From an uncultured Acidobacteriota bacterium (GTDB lineage Bacteria > Acidobacteriota > Terriglobia > UBA7540), in NCBI GenBank assembly GCA_963753795.1, contig CAVWDS010000006.1, positions 98,866 through 130,865 on the forward strand: 32,000 nt of DNA, given 5' to 3'. A program made the translations under genes and the position numbers. Below are positions 1-9,666 of the stretch, piece after piece. Within the stretch, counting starts at the first letter, position 1, and each line of letters starts with the position of its first letter. Under the pieces are notes generated by a model. That model saw only the letters and a program-made list of their open reading frames with translations. It had not been told where the DNA came from and searched no databases.

Positions 1-940
1 GGGGGCATTGCTGGGATTCTTGCGCTTCAATTTTGCCCCGGCCACGATATTCCTGGGTGATAGTGGCAGCCTTTTCTTGGGATTTTTCCTGGCCTCCTTG
101 GCCATTCATACCTCGCAGAAGAGTTCGACGTTGCTGGCCATCGTGGTCCCTTTTGTGGCCTTTGGCCTCCCCTTGATGGACACTTCGCTTACCGTGATAC
201 GCCGTTTTCTGAGCGGGCGCCCGTTGTCTCTTCCCGACCACGATCACATCCATCACCGACTGCTGCAAAACAGGCTCACGCTAAAGGTGGTAGTCCTGGG
301 GCTTTACGCGCTGGCCGCGCTGTTCTCGCTCGGGTCGCTGCTTATTATTCAGACCACGGGAAGCTTGGTCGCGTTGGTGGCGGTTTTGGCAGGCGCCTCA
401 GCTTGGTTTTTGACCGGCGGGCTTCGCTACGAGGAGTTGTCGGAGTTGAACGTGTACGTGGCGCGAGCCATGCAATCACAGCGGCGGGTGCTGGCCAACC
501 AAATCCTGATACGCAAGGCATCGAGGCAATTGGAAGAGGCCACATCTCTGGAGGGGAGTTGGCAGGTTCTGGCTAGTACTCTCGAGGCCCTGGACTTTGA
601 CGGGGTTACGTGTCAGCTTTCACAGTGGCCGCATGGCCGTGCGCCATCCCTATCGGGGTGGTCGCGCTGCGGAGAGGAGAGCTCGAACGAGTTCTGGAGC
701 GTCTCCATCCCACTGCGCGCCGGCGAAAAGGCCCTGGGTGAGCTGCAGCTTTGGCGCGCGCTCAGTAGAGACCGCCTGCTCTTCCAATTTTCCTCCATTC
801 TGGACACCCTGATACCGCCGTTTGAGCAGCAACTCAAGCGGTGCTACGAGGCGCAGGAAACAAAGCTGGTGGAGGGACGTAGCCCGCGGCCAAGCCCTAG
901 CTTGCAACCCAGCCTCCTGGCAAACGGAAGGAAAGGATGA
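1..940 (+). CDS. Polyprenyl-phosphate HexNAc-1-phosphate transferase, MraY/WecA (GT4) family, 5'-truncated by the window edge
   Basis: The reading frame is open from nt 2, so the true start is upstream. IFLGDSGSLFLGF and DHDHIHHRL motifs plus hydrophobic segments are typical of MraY/WecA transferases. A ~170 aa soluble C-terminal tail follows. The stop overlaps the next start (ATGA at 937-940). Confidence 0.8.
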   Translation, partial: GALLGFLRFNFAPATIFLGDSGSLFLGFFLASLAIHTSQKSSTLLAIVVPFVAFGLPLMDTSLTVIRRFLSGRPLSLPDHDHIHHRLLQNRLTLKVVVLGLYALAALFSLGSLLIIQTTGSLVALVAVLAGASAWFLTGGLRYEELSELNVYVARAMQSQRRVLANQILIRKASRQLEEATSLEGSWQVLASTLEALDFDGVTCQLSQWPHGRAPSLSGWSRCGEESSNEFWSVSIPLRAGEKALGELQLWRALSRDRLLFQFSSILDTLIPPFEQQLKRCYEAQETKLVEGRSPRPSPSLQPSLLANGRKG

Positions 941-3114
941 AACAAGTTCTGCAAGACCTTCGCTCACACCAGGTGCAGGTGGAAGAAGTGCCGCCACCCT
1001 GCTGCCTGCCCGGGGGAGTACTGGTCAAGACTGCGGCTTCGCTGATCAGCAGCGGGACTGAACGTGCGACGATAGCCCTGGGAGGGAAGACGCTGCTGGG
1101 CAAGGCGCTGGAGCGGCCAGACCTTGTACGGCAGCTCTTTCGTCGGCTTAAGTCGAGTGGTGTCGCGGACGTGGTCGCTACGGTGCGTGCCCGGCTGGGT
1201 ACGGCCGTAGCCCTGGGCTACAGCTCCGCGGGGGCAGTTCTGAAGGTGGGCGCGGGAGCGGAGGAGTTCGCCGTGGGCGACCGCGTGGCCTGCGCAGGAG
1301 CGGGACACGCCGGACACGCCGAGGTGAATTGGATTCCTAAGAACCTGTGTGTCAAGATTCCGCCCGACGTCAGCTTCGAGTCAGCAGCCTCGGTCGCGGT
1401 GGGCGCTATTGCCTTGCAGGGAGTACGGGTGGCGGAGGCGAAGCTGGGGGAGCGAGTGGCCGTAATCGGATTGGGGCTGGTCGGGCAGCTTGTAGCACAG
1501 ATTCTGCGTGCCAACGGTTGTGTGGTATGGGGCCTGGACCCGGATCTGGGGCGGGTGAGGTTGGCGGAAGAACTTGGCATCGATTTCGCTTGCGAGAACC
1601 GGGCTTGGGAGCAAAGCCTGGTGAGCGCCTTGTGCCGGCGTGGCGAAGGAGCCGACGCCGTGATCCTCACCGCGGCGACCCGCTCGAGCGAACCTATCGA
1701 ACTGGCGGGAGAGCTGGCGCGTGACCGAGGTGTTGTGGTCGTGGTAGGCGATGTCCGCGTGGATGTTCCGCGCGAGCATTATTACAAGAAGGAACTCCAG
1801 GTGCGCTATTCACGCTCCTACGGGCCGGGACGTTACGACCCTGAGTTCGAGGAGCGAGGAGCCGACTACCCGTATGGCTTTGTGCGTTGGACGGAAAAGA
1901 GAAATATGGAAGCTTTTCTGGGGCTGGTGGCACAGCAGAAAGTGCGTGTCGAGCCGCTGTTGACACATCGCTTCAGCATCGACGAAGCCTTGGAAGCTTT
2001 TAAGCTTCTTTCTGGCGAAAGAAAAGAGAGTTACCTGGGCATTCTTCTTGCTTATCCTCCCGCCGCGGCGCTGTCGAACCGGGTAACACTTCAAGCGACT
2101 CCGACGTCCGCGGGTCGAGCAAGAGGCAGCCGTGCGACCGTCGGTGTAGGGTGGATAGGGGCCGGAAGTTTCAGCCGTGCGAAACTGCTGCCCAGCCTGC
2201 GGAAAATCGGCGGCCTCGAGTTGTTGGGCTTGGCCAACGCCACGGGTAATTCGGCGCGCAGGGTCGCCAAGAATTTCGGCTTTCGCTATTGCTCGACTGA
2301 TCCTCAGGAGATTCTGAACGACCCGGACGTTCACGCCGTCTTTATTGGCACTCGGCATCACCTACACGCCCCTTTGGTCAACGCCGCCCTTGAACACGGT
2401 AAAGACGTTTTTGTAGAGAAGCCCTTGTGCGTCAACGAGGCGGAACTAAATCAAATCGCGGAGAAGTTTGCGACCTCGGGGCGAATACTCAGCGTGGGCT
2501 TTAATCGCCGCTTCTCTCCTTTCGCCCGCGAATGTAAGAACTTCTTCGAGGGGCGTCATGAGCCACTGTCAATTCTGTACCGGGTGAACGCAGGACGTTT
2601 GCCGCCCACCCATTGGATTTATGATCCGGCTCAAGGGCACGGCCGCGTGATCGGCGAGGTCTGCCACTTCATTGACCTAGTGGCGTTCTTGGCCTCCTCG
2701 CTCCCCACCGTGGTCCAGGCTTGGCCGGTGAAGGGCGCCAGCGGCGGCGCTGAGGATGACCTCCACATGCAGATTCTCCTTGCCGACGGCTCGCGGGCGG
2801 AGATCCTATATCTCTCTTCGGGCGACGCCACCGTTCCTAAAGAGCGCATAGAAATCCATGGTGAAAGTCGAACTGCAATTTCCGAGGACTTTCGGAAAGC
2901 GTGGTTTTATTCCGATAACCATTGCCGGTCGAGGTCGCTCTTCTCTCAGGACAAAGGGCATGGAGAGGAATTGCGTGCTTTCATCCAGGCCGTGGCAGGC
3001 GGCGGGGAAGCGCCCATCCCCTTTGAAAGTCTCCGCGCGACGACCCTAGCCACCTTCCGCCTCCGCGAGTCGCTCCGATGCGGCAATGCCGTGCCGGTGT
3101 GTCCTCCGGGGTAG
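937..3114 (+). CDS. Bi-domain oxidoreductase (MDR/zinc-ADH-like N-domain fused to a Gfo/Idh/MocA C-domain)
   Basis: 725 aa. The N half has an MDR-type Rossmann segment (VAVIGLGLVGQLVAQIL). The C half has a Gfo/Idh/MocA start (VGWIGAGSFSR) and an EKPL motif. It is translationally coupled to the upstream glycosyl-1-P transferase and followed by wecB, so the context is glycan biosynthesis. Confidence 0.8.
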   Translation: MKQVLQDLRSHQVQVEEVPPPCCLPGGVLVKTAASLISSGTERATIALGGKTLLGKALERPDLVRQLFRRLKSSGVADVVATVRARLGTAVALGYSSAGAVLKVGAGAEEFAVGDRVACAGAGHAGHAEVNWIPKNLCVKIPPDVSFESAASVAVGAIALQGVRVAEAKLGERVAVIGLGLVGQLVAQILRANGCVVWGLDPDLGRVRLAEELGIDFACENRAWEQSLVSALCRRGEGADAVILTAATRSSEPIELAGELARDRGVVVVVGDVRVDVPREHYYKKELQVRYSRSYGPGRYDPEFEERGADYPYGFVRWTEKRNMEAFLGLVAQQKVRVEPLLTHRFSIDEALEAFKLLSGERKESYLGILLAYPPAAALSNRVTLQATPTSAGRARGSRATVGVGWIGAGSFSRAKLLPSLRKIGGLELLGLANATGNSARRVAKNFGFRYCSTDPQEILNDPDVHAVFIGTRHHLHAPLVNAALEHGKDVFVEKPLCVNEAELNQIAEKFATSGRILSVGFNRRFSPFARECKNFFEGRHEPLSILYRVNAGRLPPTHWIYDPAQGHGRVIGEVCHFIDLVAFLASSLPTVVQAWPVKGASGGAEDDLHMQILLADGSRAEILYLSSGDATVPKERIEIHGESRTAISEDFRKAWFYSDNHCRSRSLFSQDKGHGEELRAFIQAVAGGGEAPIPFESLRATTLATFRLRESLRCGNAVPVCPPG

Positions 3115-3124
3115 GGCAAGGCCT

Positions 3125-3143
3125 ACCCCTACAACTTGTAGGG
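3125..3143 (+). terminator. Hairpin just after the oxidoreductase stop (CCCCTACAA-C-TTGTAGGGG)
   Basis: Perfect 9-nt inverted arms lie 11 nt after the TAG at 3112-3114. There is no T-tract, so intrinsic terminator function is uncertain. Confidence 0.3.
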
Positions 3144-3146
3144 GGA

Positions 3147-3160
3147 TCCGTCAGCCGACG
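3147..3160. repeat. REP-like 14-mer palindrome CCGTCAGCCGACGG (copy 1 of 5)
   Basis: Exact 14-mer, also at 14710 and 27240, as its reverse complement at 23336, and as a variant at 9498. This copy is intergenic. Confidence 0.7.
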
Positions 3161-3242
3161 GGCCGTCCCCTGATCGCCGTGAGGCGGCATCCGTCCTTGC
3201 CGTGCAACTGACTTCTCGCCTAGCCATACGGATCACCAAACG

Positions 3243-4391
3243 ATGAAAATCCTGAGCGTTGTCGGGGCCCGGCCGAATTTTGTCAAGATCGCAGCGTTGA
3301 TGGCAGAAATGCGGAAGCATCCGGGCATTCGGCCTTTGCTCGTGCACACCGGCCAGCATTACGATCCAGAAATGTCCGATTCCTTCTTCCAGGAACTCGG
3401 CATTCCTCAACCCGATATTAACCTGGAGGTCGGGTCCGCCTCTGCGCCTTGCCAAATAGCGCAAATCATCGAGCGGCTGGAACCCGTGCTGGTGAGCGAA
3501 CGGCCTAAGGTCGTCATGCTGGTGGGCGACGTCAACTCAACCCTGGCAGGGGCGCTGACCGCCGTCAAGCTGGGCATTCGGGTGGCCCACGTCGAGGCCG
3601 GGTTGCGGAGCTTCGACCGGACCATGCCGGAGGAGATCAACCGCGTGGTGACGGACGCGATCTCTGATTTCCTTTTCGCTAGCGAGCCGAGCGGCGTGGA
3701 GAATCTCTTGAAAGAAGGAAGGCCAGCCAGCCAGATCTTCCTGGTCGGAAACGTAATGATCGACACTTTGAAGAGTTGCCTGGCAAGGGCCGGGCAATTG
3801 GGGCCGTTCGCAGATCCGGAAATGTGGGGTGAAGACAGCTCGGATCGCCCAGCAAGATTTGCTCTGGTGACTCTTCACCGGCCCTCGACGGTCGACAACG
3901 CGAGTGTGCTTCGCATCGTCTGGCAGGCTCTCGAGGAGATCGGCAAAGAAATTTCCATAGTCTTTCCCGTCCATCCCCGCACCCGCAGACGACTGCGAGA
4001 CCTGGGGCTTGACTCGCCAGCAATGGCGCCGCCTTTGGCTCATCCCAATGGAATTCGATTGATTCCTCCCTTGAGTTACCTGCGATTCCTGCATCTCCAA
4101 AGCCTCGCCACCTTCGTGATTACCGACTCGGGCGGCATCCAGGAAGAAACCACCGTGCTAGGTGTCCCTTGCCTGACGGTGCGGGAGAACACCGAGCGCC
4201 CCATCACGGCAACCGAAGGAACGAATACGCTCGTAGGTCTTAATCCCGACCGCCTCAAGGAAGAAGCTCATCAGATCCTGGGCGGGAAAGGGAAACAAGG
4301 CCGAGTTCCCGTCCTGTGGGACGGTCAGGCGGCCCAGCGCATCGTGGAAATTCTTGAGCAACAATTGCTACCAGGCTCCCAATGCCAGTAG
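3243..4391 (+). CDS. wecB: UDP-N-acetylglucosamine 2-epimerase (non-hydrolysing)
   Basis: 382 aa. The MKILSVVGARPNFVKIA N-terminus, HTGQHYD, HVEAGLRS and ITDSGGIQEE blocks are characteristic of WecB/MnaA. Confidence 0.9.
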   Translation: MKILSVVGARPNFVKIAALMAEMRKHPGIRPLLVHTGQHYDPEMSDSFFQELGIPQPDINLEVGSASAPCQIAQIIERLEPVLVSERPKVVMLVGDVNSTLAGALTAVKLGIRVAHVEAGLRSFDRTMPEEINRVVTDAISDFLFASEPSGVENLLKEGRPASQIFLVGNVMIDTLKSCLARAGQLGPFADPEMWGEDSSDRPARFALVTLHRPSTVDNASVLRIVWQALEEIGKEISIVFPVHPRTRRRLRDLGLDSPAMAPPLAHPNGIRLIPPLSYLRFLHLQSLATFVITDSGGIQEETTVLGVPCLTVRENTERPITATEGTNTLVGLNPDRLKEEAHQILGGKGKQGRVPVLWDGQAAQRIVEILEQQLLPGSQCQ

Positions 4392-4597
4392 CCTCCCGCG
4401 TGGGAATTCCCTTCCCCGCCGCAGCGTAAAGTATTCCGGCCTTCGCTCTAAGGGCTTCTCTGACCTGCGTCCCTGAACTGGGAGCGGCCTCCCTCCTGAC
4501 TCTCTGCTCTCCACGCAGCTTGCCATCCTCTTCGCCCTTCCACGCCTTTCCCCCCTTGAACTCCCGGCCATCCTCTTGGCCCGCTCGGCATAGCAGC

Positions 4598-4828
4598 GCC
4601 CGCGGAGTCGCGGTGGGCCGCAAGAATTGGATCTTCCTGGGCAGCGACAACGGCGGGCGGACAGCCGCCGTGCTGAGCAGCCCCATCGCTACCTCGAAGA
4701 GGTTGGGCGTCGACCCCTTCGCCTACCTGCGCGACGTATTCATGCACATTAGCGCACATTCCAAGCATAGGCTCGAGGAATTGCTTCCCGACAAGTGGAA
4801 AACGGCGCAGAGAAATATCCCCTCCTGA
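4598..4828 (+). pseudogene. IS66-family transposase, C-terminal ~75 aa relic only
   Basis: RGVAVGRKNWIFLGSDNGGRTAAVLSSPIATSKRLGVDPFAYLRDVFMHISAH..LEELLPDKW matches the conserved IS66 TnpC C-terminal region (GRKNWLF...GxDPxxYLxDV...ELLPxxW). No upstream DDE core is present. Confidence 0.75.
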
Positions 4829-5499
4829 TCCGCTGCCCTACAGAAAGGCGCCTGCATGGACTGGCAGCTCCCACATTTTGCGAAAGCGTGATGGCCACAA
4901 TTTTGCAACGAGCGCGCAGGAGACACGCATACATTGTCTTCGTGGACGAGGCGGGCTTCATGCTCGCTCCGGTACTGCGACGGACCTGGGCGCCGCGCGG
5001 TTGTACCCCCGTAATCAAAATTTCCGAGCCCCACGGACGGATCTCGGTAATCGGTGCAATCACGATCAGTCCAGGCCGGAGACACTTTGGTTTCCACTTT
5101 CAACTCTCTGAGGATAACGTCAACATGCGGGGAGACTCTGTGGTGCAATTTATCGAAGATGTACGCCGGAAGATTCGCGGCCCCATCACGCTCCTGTGGG
5201 ATCAAATCCCGATTCACCGTGGAAAGCCTGTGACGGCTTACCTTGCCAGACACCGGAGATTAGTTGTGGAGCCATTTCCACCATCTGCCCCGGAATTGAA
5301 CCCGGTTGACAACGTGTGGTCTTACGTCAAATACAATCGGTTGCCCAACTACACGCCTCAACAGCTGGGCGAACTGCGCAAGCGAATCACGATGGAATTC
5401 TGTCGGCTACAGAAACGCCCGTGTCTGCTACGGTCTTTCTTCGATCATACCGAACTTAGCCTTGACCCTATTTGTCCTGAAGAAACCAATACGCGCTGA
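4795..5499 (+). pseudogene. IS630-family transposase, DDE domain only (N-terminal HTH region missing)
   Basis: The DDE_3-type triad context is intact: FVDEAGF, LLWDQIPIHRG, PSAPELNPVDNVWSYVK. The first plausible ATG is at 4891. At ~200-234 aa it is shorter than full IS630 transposases and has no DNA-binding half. It abuts and overlaps the IS66 relic. Confidence 0.7.
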
Positions 5500-5629
5500 A
5501 ACCAGCTGTTCACTCCTGCCCGACTCTTACGCCTCGCCAAACAGTTCCATGGGTACACCGGACGCTTACCGCGGAAGCGGAAAGGACCAACGGAGTCTTG
5601 CTCGCCGAATCAGGCGCAACCTTCGCAGG

Positions 5630-6397
5630 CTAATGTCTCAGGAAGAAGTACGCGGACATGGAAATGCCCACGGCGATGACGAAGCGGCGGACGATTTGAG
5701 GGTCGAGTTTCTGTGCGAAGTACGCCCCGCCGTAGCCCCCCAGGACGGCGCCCAAGAGCATCACCAGGGCCTGTGGCCACAGCACCGCGCCCGCGGCGAT
5801 GAAGGTGACGACGGCAGCGCCATTGATGGCGGCATTGAGGAGCGTTTTCAAGGCGTTCATGGCGTGAATATCTTCCATGCGCAACACGGTCAGCAAGGCG
5901 AGCATCATGATTCCAATGCCGGCGCCAAAGAAGCCTCCGTAAAGGGCAATCAAGAACTGGAAGAAATTTGACGCCACCACCACGAGCCAGCGCGGCTGTT
6001 TAGAGGCCTTGAATGTCGCCTCCACCCAGGTCGCGAGCTTCTTGCCGAAGATGAGCAGCAGCGTGGCCAGCAGAAACAGATAGGGCACAAAGCGCATGAA
6101 AGTGTTCTGCGGGGTTCGAAGCAGGACCAGGGCACCCAGGGTTCCCCCGGTCACGCTGGTGAGGATCATTTCCAGGAGAATTCGAGAGTCCTTGGGAAAG
6201 CGCTTCCGATATGCACCTGCGCTGGCGACGGTGCCCGGCCATAGCGCCACCGTTGATGTGGCATTGGCCGGAATGGGAAGCACGTGCGTAAAAATCAGAG
6301 CGGGGAACGATATGAAGCTGCCGCCGCCGGCAACCGAATTCATCGTGCCTGCGACTCCCGCAGCTACAAAAAGCAATGCGGCATTCGGTAGGGTCAT
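5630..6397 (-). CDS. Sulfite exporter TauE/SafE family membrane protein
   Basis: 255 aa and polytopic. The AGVAGTMNSVAGGGSFISFPAL N-terminal motif and the internally duplicated 4-TM layout are typical of TauE/SafE (DUF81). It starts 24 nt downstream of the dxs stop on the same strand. Confidence 0.85.
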   Translation of the reverse strand: MTLPNAALLFVAAGVAGTMNSVAGGGSFISFPALIFTHVLPIPANATSTVALWPGTVASAGAYRKRFPKDSRILLEMILTSVTGGTLGALVLLRTPQNTFMRFVPYLFLLATLLLIFGKKLATWVEATFKASKQPRWLVVVASNFFQFLIALYGGFFGAGIGIMMLALLTVLRMEDIHAMNALKTLLNAAINGAAVVTFIAAGAVLWPQALVMLLGAVLGGYGGAYFAQKLDPQIVRRFVIAVGISMSAYFFLRH

Positions 6398-6421
6398 GGA
6401 AAGCAGTCGACAGTCAACAGG

Positions 6422-8344
6422 CTAAGTCCGCAGGATGGAGCGATATTTTATGGGCGCGCGCCCGGGCCACTCGTCTGCGAAGGCCTTGATGCGGTTCACG
6501 ATTCCGTCGACGTCCAGCCCATACTTGGCATGCAGCAGGTTGGTCGCTCCGTGCGGAACAATGCGGTCAGGCACCGCGATGCGCAAGAGGCTGGCTGCAA
6601 CCCTGCGGTCTTGAAGCAGGGCGGCAACCTGAGTGCCAAAGCCTCCGGCTTCCGTAGCTTCTTCGGCCGTCACCAGGAATTGCTTTTCAGCCGCCAAGCA
6701 GCAGATCAAGTCGGCATCGAGCGGCTTCACAAAACGCGCGTTGATAACGGTGGCGCTGATGCCCATCGCCTCCAGGCGGGTGGCGGCTTCAAGGCAGGGA
6801 TAGACCATGCTGCCCAGGGCGAGAATGCCGATATCTCCTCCTTCGCGGAGGATCTCACCCTTGCCGATCTCCAGCTTCTTGAACTCCGGATCGATCGCAA
6901 CGCCGATGCCATTGCCTCGCGGGTAGCGCAGCGCGGCGGGGCCGGCGACCGTGAGCGCGGTGTAGAGCATGTGGCGCAGTTCGTTTTCGTCCTTGGGAGC
7001 CATTACCACGATACCGGGCAGCGCAGAGAGAAAGGCCAGATCGTAGAGCCCGTGATGGGTTGGTCCGTCGGCGCCGACAATACCGCCGCGGTCGAGCGCG
7101 AAGGCGACGGGAGCTCGCATCAGGCAAGCATCATGCATCACCTGATCGAAAGCGCGCTGGAGGAAGGTGGAATAAATGGCTACGACAGGCCGCATCCCTT
7201 CGCAGGCCAGGCCGGTGGCGAAAGTCACCGCGTGCTGTTCCGCGATGCCCACATCGAAGAAGCGCTCGGGAAAGCGCTTGGAGAATTCATCCAGGCCTGT
7301 GCCTTCGCTCATGGCGGCGGTAATGCCGACGATGCGGGAGTCCTCTTCCGCCAGCTCGCACAGGGCCTTGCCAAAGACCGAGGTGTAAGAAGGAGCCGAG
7401 GCGGGGGCCTTGTGGAAAGCGCCGGTGGAGACATCAAATTGCGTCACCCCATGGTATTTCACCGGCAGCTTTTCGGCGATATGATAACCCTTGCCTTTCT
7501 GGGTAACGATGTGAACCAGCGTGGGCTTGCAATGGTTCTTGACCCTGGCGAGCACGGCCAGAAGTTCAGACATGTCGTGACCGTTGATGGGCCCGAGGTA
7601 CTCGAAGCCGAGCTCTTCGAACACCAAGCCGGGAATCAGCATGGTTTTCGCAGACTCCACGATGTCCTTGGACACCCTCAAAAGCCGCGGTCCCAGGCGG
7701 GGAACCGACAGCATCAACTTCTCCAACTCTTCCCTCAGCCGGTGATAGGCCTGGCCGTGGACGATGCGGTTCAGATACCCGGCCAGCGCGCCGACGTTGG
7801 GCGAAATCGACATCTTATTGTCATTGAGAATAACCAGGACTTTCTTCTGTAGGGTGCCCAGGTTGTTGATTCCCTCGAGCTCTTCGCCTACGGTTAGACC
7901 TCCGTCCCCCACCACCGCCACCACATGGTAGTCCTCACCCTTCAGGTCGCGCGCCACAGCCATACCCAGCGCGCCGGAGATGGCCGTGCCGGCGTGCGCC
8001 ACGTTAAAGGTGTCGTAAGGACTCTCCTCGCGCGAGGGGAAGCCGGAGATTCCTCCGTACTGGCGGATGGTGGGGAAGCGGTCGCGCCGTCCAGTCAGAA
8101 TTTTGTGTCCGTAAGCTTGGTGGCCAACGTCCCAGACGATTTTGTCTTTGGGCGTGTCGAAGATGTAGTGGAGCGCCACCGTCAGCTCGGCGGCGCCGAG
8201 GCTGGAGGCGAGGTGGCCGCCGATTTTCGAGATCACGCTGACCATGTAATCCCGCAGTTCATCCACCACCAGGGGTAGTTCTTCGCGCGGGATCTTCCTC
8301 AGGTCGGCGGGTGAATCAATGTGGAGAAGGTACTTGTATTCCAT
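6422..8344 (-). CDS. dxs: 1-deoxy-D-xylulose-5-phosphate synthase
   Basis: 640 aa with a LLHIDSPADLRKI start, GGHLASSLGAAELTVALHY, the TPP motif VVGDGGLTVG...NDN, and transketolase-like central and C-terminal domains. Confidence 0.95.
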   Translation of the reverse strand: MEYKYLLHIDSPADLRKIPREELPLVVDELRDYMVSVISKIGGHLASSLGAAELTVALHYIFDTPKDKIVWDVGHQAYGHKILTGRRDRFPTIRQYGGISGFPSREESPYDTFNVAHAGTAISGALGMAVARDLKGEDYHVVAVVGDGGLTVGEELEGINNLGTLQKKVLVILNDNKMSISPNVGALAGYLNRIVHGQAYHRLREELEKLMLSVPRLGPRLLRVSKDIVESAKTMLIPGLVFEELGFEYLGPINGHDMSELLAVLARVKNHCKPTLVHIVTQKGKGYHIAEKLPVKYHGVTQFDVSTGAFHKAPASAPSYTSVFGKALCELAEEDSRIVGITAAMSEGTGLDEFSKRFPERFFDVGIAEQHAVTFATGLACEGMRPVVAIYSTFLQRAFDQVMHDACLMRAPVAFALDRGGIVGADGPTHHGLYDLAFLSALPGIVVMAPKDENELRHMLYTALTVAGPAALRYPRGNGIGVAIDPEFKKLEIGKGEILREGGDIGILALGSMVYPCLEAATRLEAMGISATVINARFVKPLDADLICCLAAEKQFLVTAEEATEAGGFGTQVAALLQDRRVAASLLRIAVPDRIVPHGATNLLHAKYGLDVDGIVNRIKAFADEWPGRAPIKYRSILRT

Positions 8345-9294
8345 CAGTTCTTCCTCACCGTCAGGTATTGAGCGATGCCTTGCAGGGTGTGGGCGCGGTC
8401 ACTATAGGGTTCGAGAACTTCGCAGGCTTCGTCCACCAACCGGGAAGCCATGCGCTGGGACTCCTCGATTCCGTGGATGGCCGGATAAGTGGCCTTGTGT
8501 TGTTGGTCGTCCTTGCCCACGCTCTTGCCCAACGATTCCCGGGTGCCCAGCACGTCCAGCAGGTCATCGACAATTTGGAAAGCCAGTCCCGCTTTCTCAC
8601 CGTAGGTGGTAAGGCGGGCCAAGTCTTCTTCCCCGCCCTGCGCGTAAAGCGCTCCACACCTTACCGCAGCGCGGATAAAAGCACCCGTCTTGGCAGAATG
8701 AATATATTCCAGGGTGCGGCTGTCCGCCTTCTGCCCGGCCATACGCAGGTCAATCACCTGGCCGCCAATCATGCCTCCTTCTGTCCCGAGGGCGTGGGCC
8801 AGCTCGTGGATCACCCGCAGCTTGCACGCTTCGGGGGGCGGACCCGGAGAGGAAAGAACTTCGAAAGCCAGGGTCAGAAGTGCGTCCCCGGCCAGGATGG
8901 CAATCGACTCGCCGAAGGCCCGATGGGAAGTCGGCTTGCCCCGTCGCAAATCATCGTTATCGAGAGCCGGCAAGTCGTCGTGGATCAGGGAGTACGTGTG
9001 GATCAACTCCAGCGCGCTCCCCAGGCGCACCAGCGCCCGCTCCTCACCACCCAACAAGCGTCCGGCTTCCAGGCAGAGGATCGGCCGCAGTCGCTTTCCC
9101 CCCGCCAGCACTGAGTAGCGCATCGCCGCATGGATACTCGGCGGGAAGTTGTCGGCAGGGGGGAGCAGCCGGTCCAGTTCCTTATCGATCTGGCTGCCCG
9201 CCGTCTCGAGATACTGTTGGATGGTTTCTGTAGTAACTGTGTTCAAGGTCCTGTGTTGGGCGACAGATGCCCGCTCGCGCTCACCGCCAGTCAA
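8344..9294 (-). CDS. ispA: (2E,6E)-farnesyl diphosphate synthase / polyprenyl synthetase
   Basis: Both Asp-rich motifs are present: first LIHDDLPALDNDDLRRGKPT, second FQIVDDLLD. The stop overlaps the dxs start (ATGA at 8344). The annotated start is TTG at 9294; an alternative TTG at 9246 is possible. Confidence 0.9.
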   Translation of the reverse strand: MTGGERERASVAQHRTLNTVTTETIQQYLETAGSQIDKELDRLLPPADNFPPSIHAAMRYSVLAGGKRLRPILCLEAGRLLGGEERALVRLGSALELIHTYSLIHDDLPALDNDDLRRGKPTSHRAFGESIAILAGDALLTLAFEVLSSPGPPPEACKLRVIHELAHALGTEGGMIGGQVIDLRMAGQKADSRTLEYIHSAKTGAFIRAAVRCGALYAQGGEEDLARLTTYGEKAGLAFQIVDDLLDVLGTRESLGKSVGKDDQQHKATYPAIHGIEESQRMASRLVDEACEVLEPYSDRAHTLQGIAQYLTVRKN

Positions 9295-9497
9295 CCCTCA
9301 TTGTGACCTGAATTTGCTCGAAGGGGAAGTACTAAAAGTATGTGACGTTACTCTTGCAGGAGAAATATTGAAATATTTGGAAGCAGGCTGTAAACTGGCT
9401 ATGAACCAATTTTGTGCAAGGTTTTTTCTGGCCTGGGTCATCTGAGGACGGGGCTTAAAGAGAACCTCTGGCAGGATGTTGAAAAGCCTTTGTGAAC

Positions 9498-9613
9498 CCG
9501 TCAACTGACGGGTCATTCCGGTCCCGCAGTCAGGGCGGAAGAATGTCTTTCTGGAACCAGAAGACTTGCGAGATTCGTTGCCGTCCCGCAGTCGCGGGAC
9601 ATCTGGGAGTGAC
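9498..9613. repeat. Degenerate member of the GTCATTCCG MITE/REP family
   Basis: Reading left to right: CCGTCAACTGACGG hairpin (9498-9511), GTCATTCCGG (9512-9521), an internal GCGAGATTCG word, the palindrome GTCCCGC-AGTC-GCGGGAC (9583-9600), and a degraded right end GGGAGTGAC. It sits in the ispA/ispH divergent intergenic region. Confidence 0.45.
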
Positions 9614-9666
9614 AGGCGAAGCAGGTTTCTCTTTATCCTGTTAGAGGCTAAGACAAGAGAATTGCC

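Noticed and set aside
5306-5971. 221-aa plus-strand ORF
   Set aside because: It runs from the 3' end of the IS630 relic across the intergenic region into the antisense strand of tauE. No motif support.
6530-7852. 440-aa plus-strand ORF
   Set aside because: It is entirely antisense to dxs, whose family motifs are unambiguous. Long open antisense frames are expected in GC-rich coding DNA, and the translation is Gly/Arg/Ala-rich with no recognisable domain.
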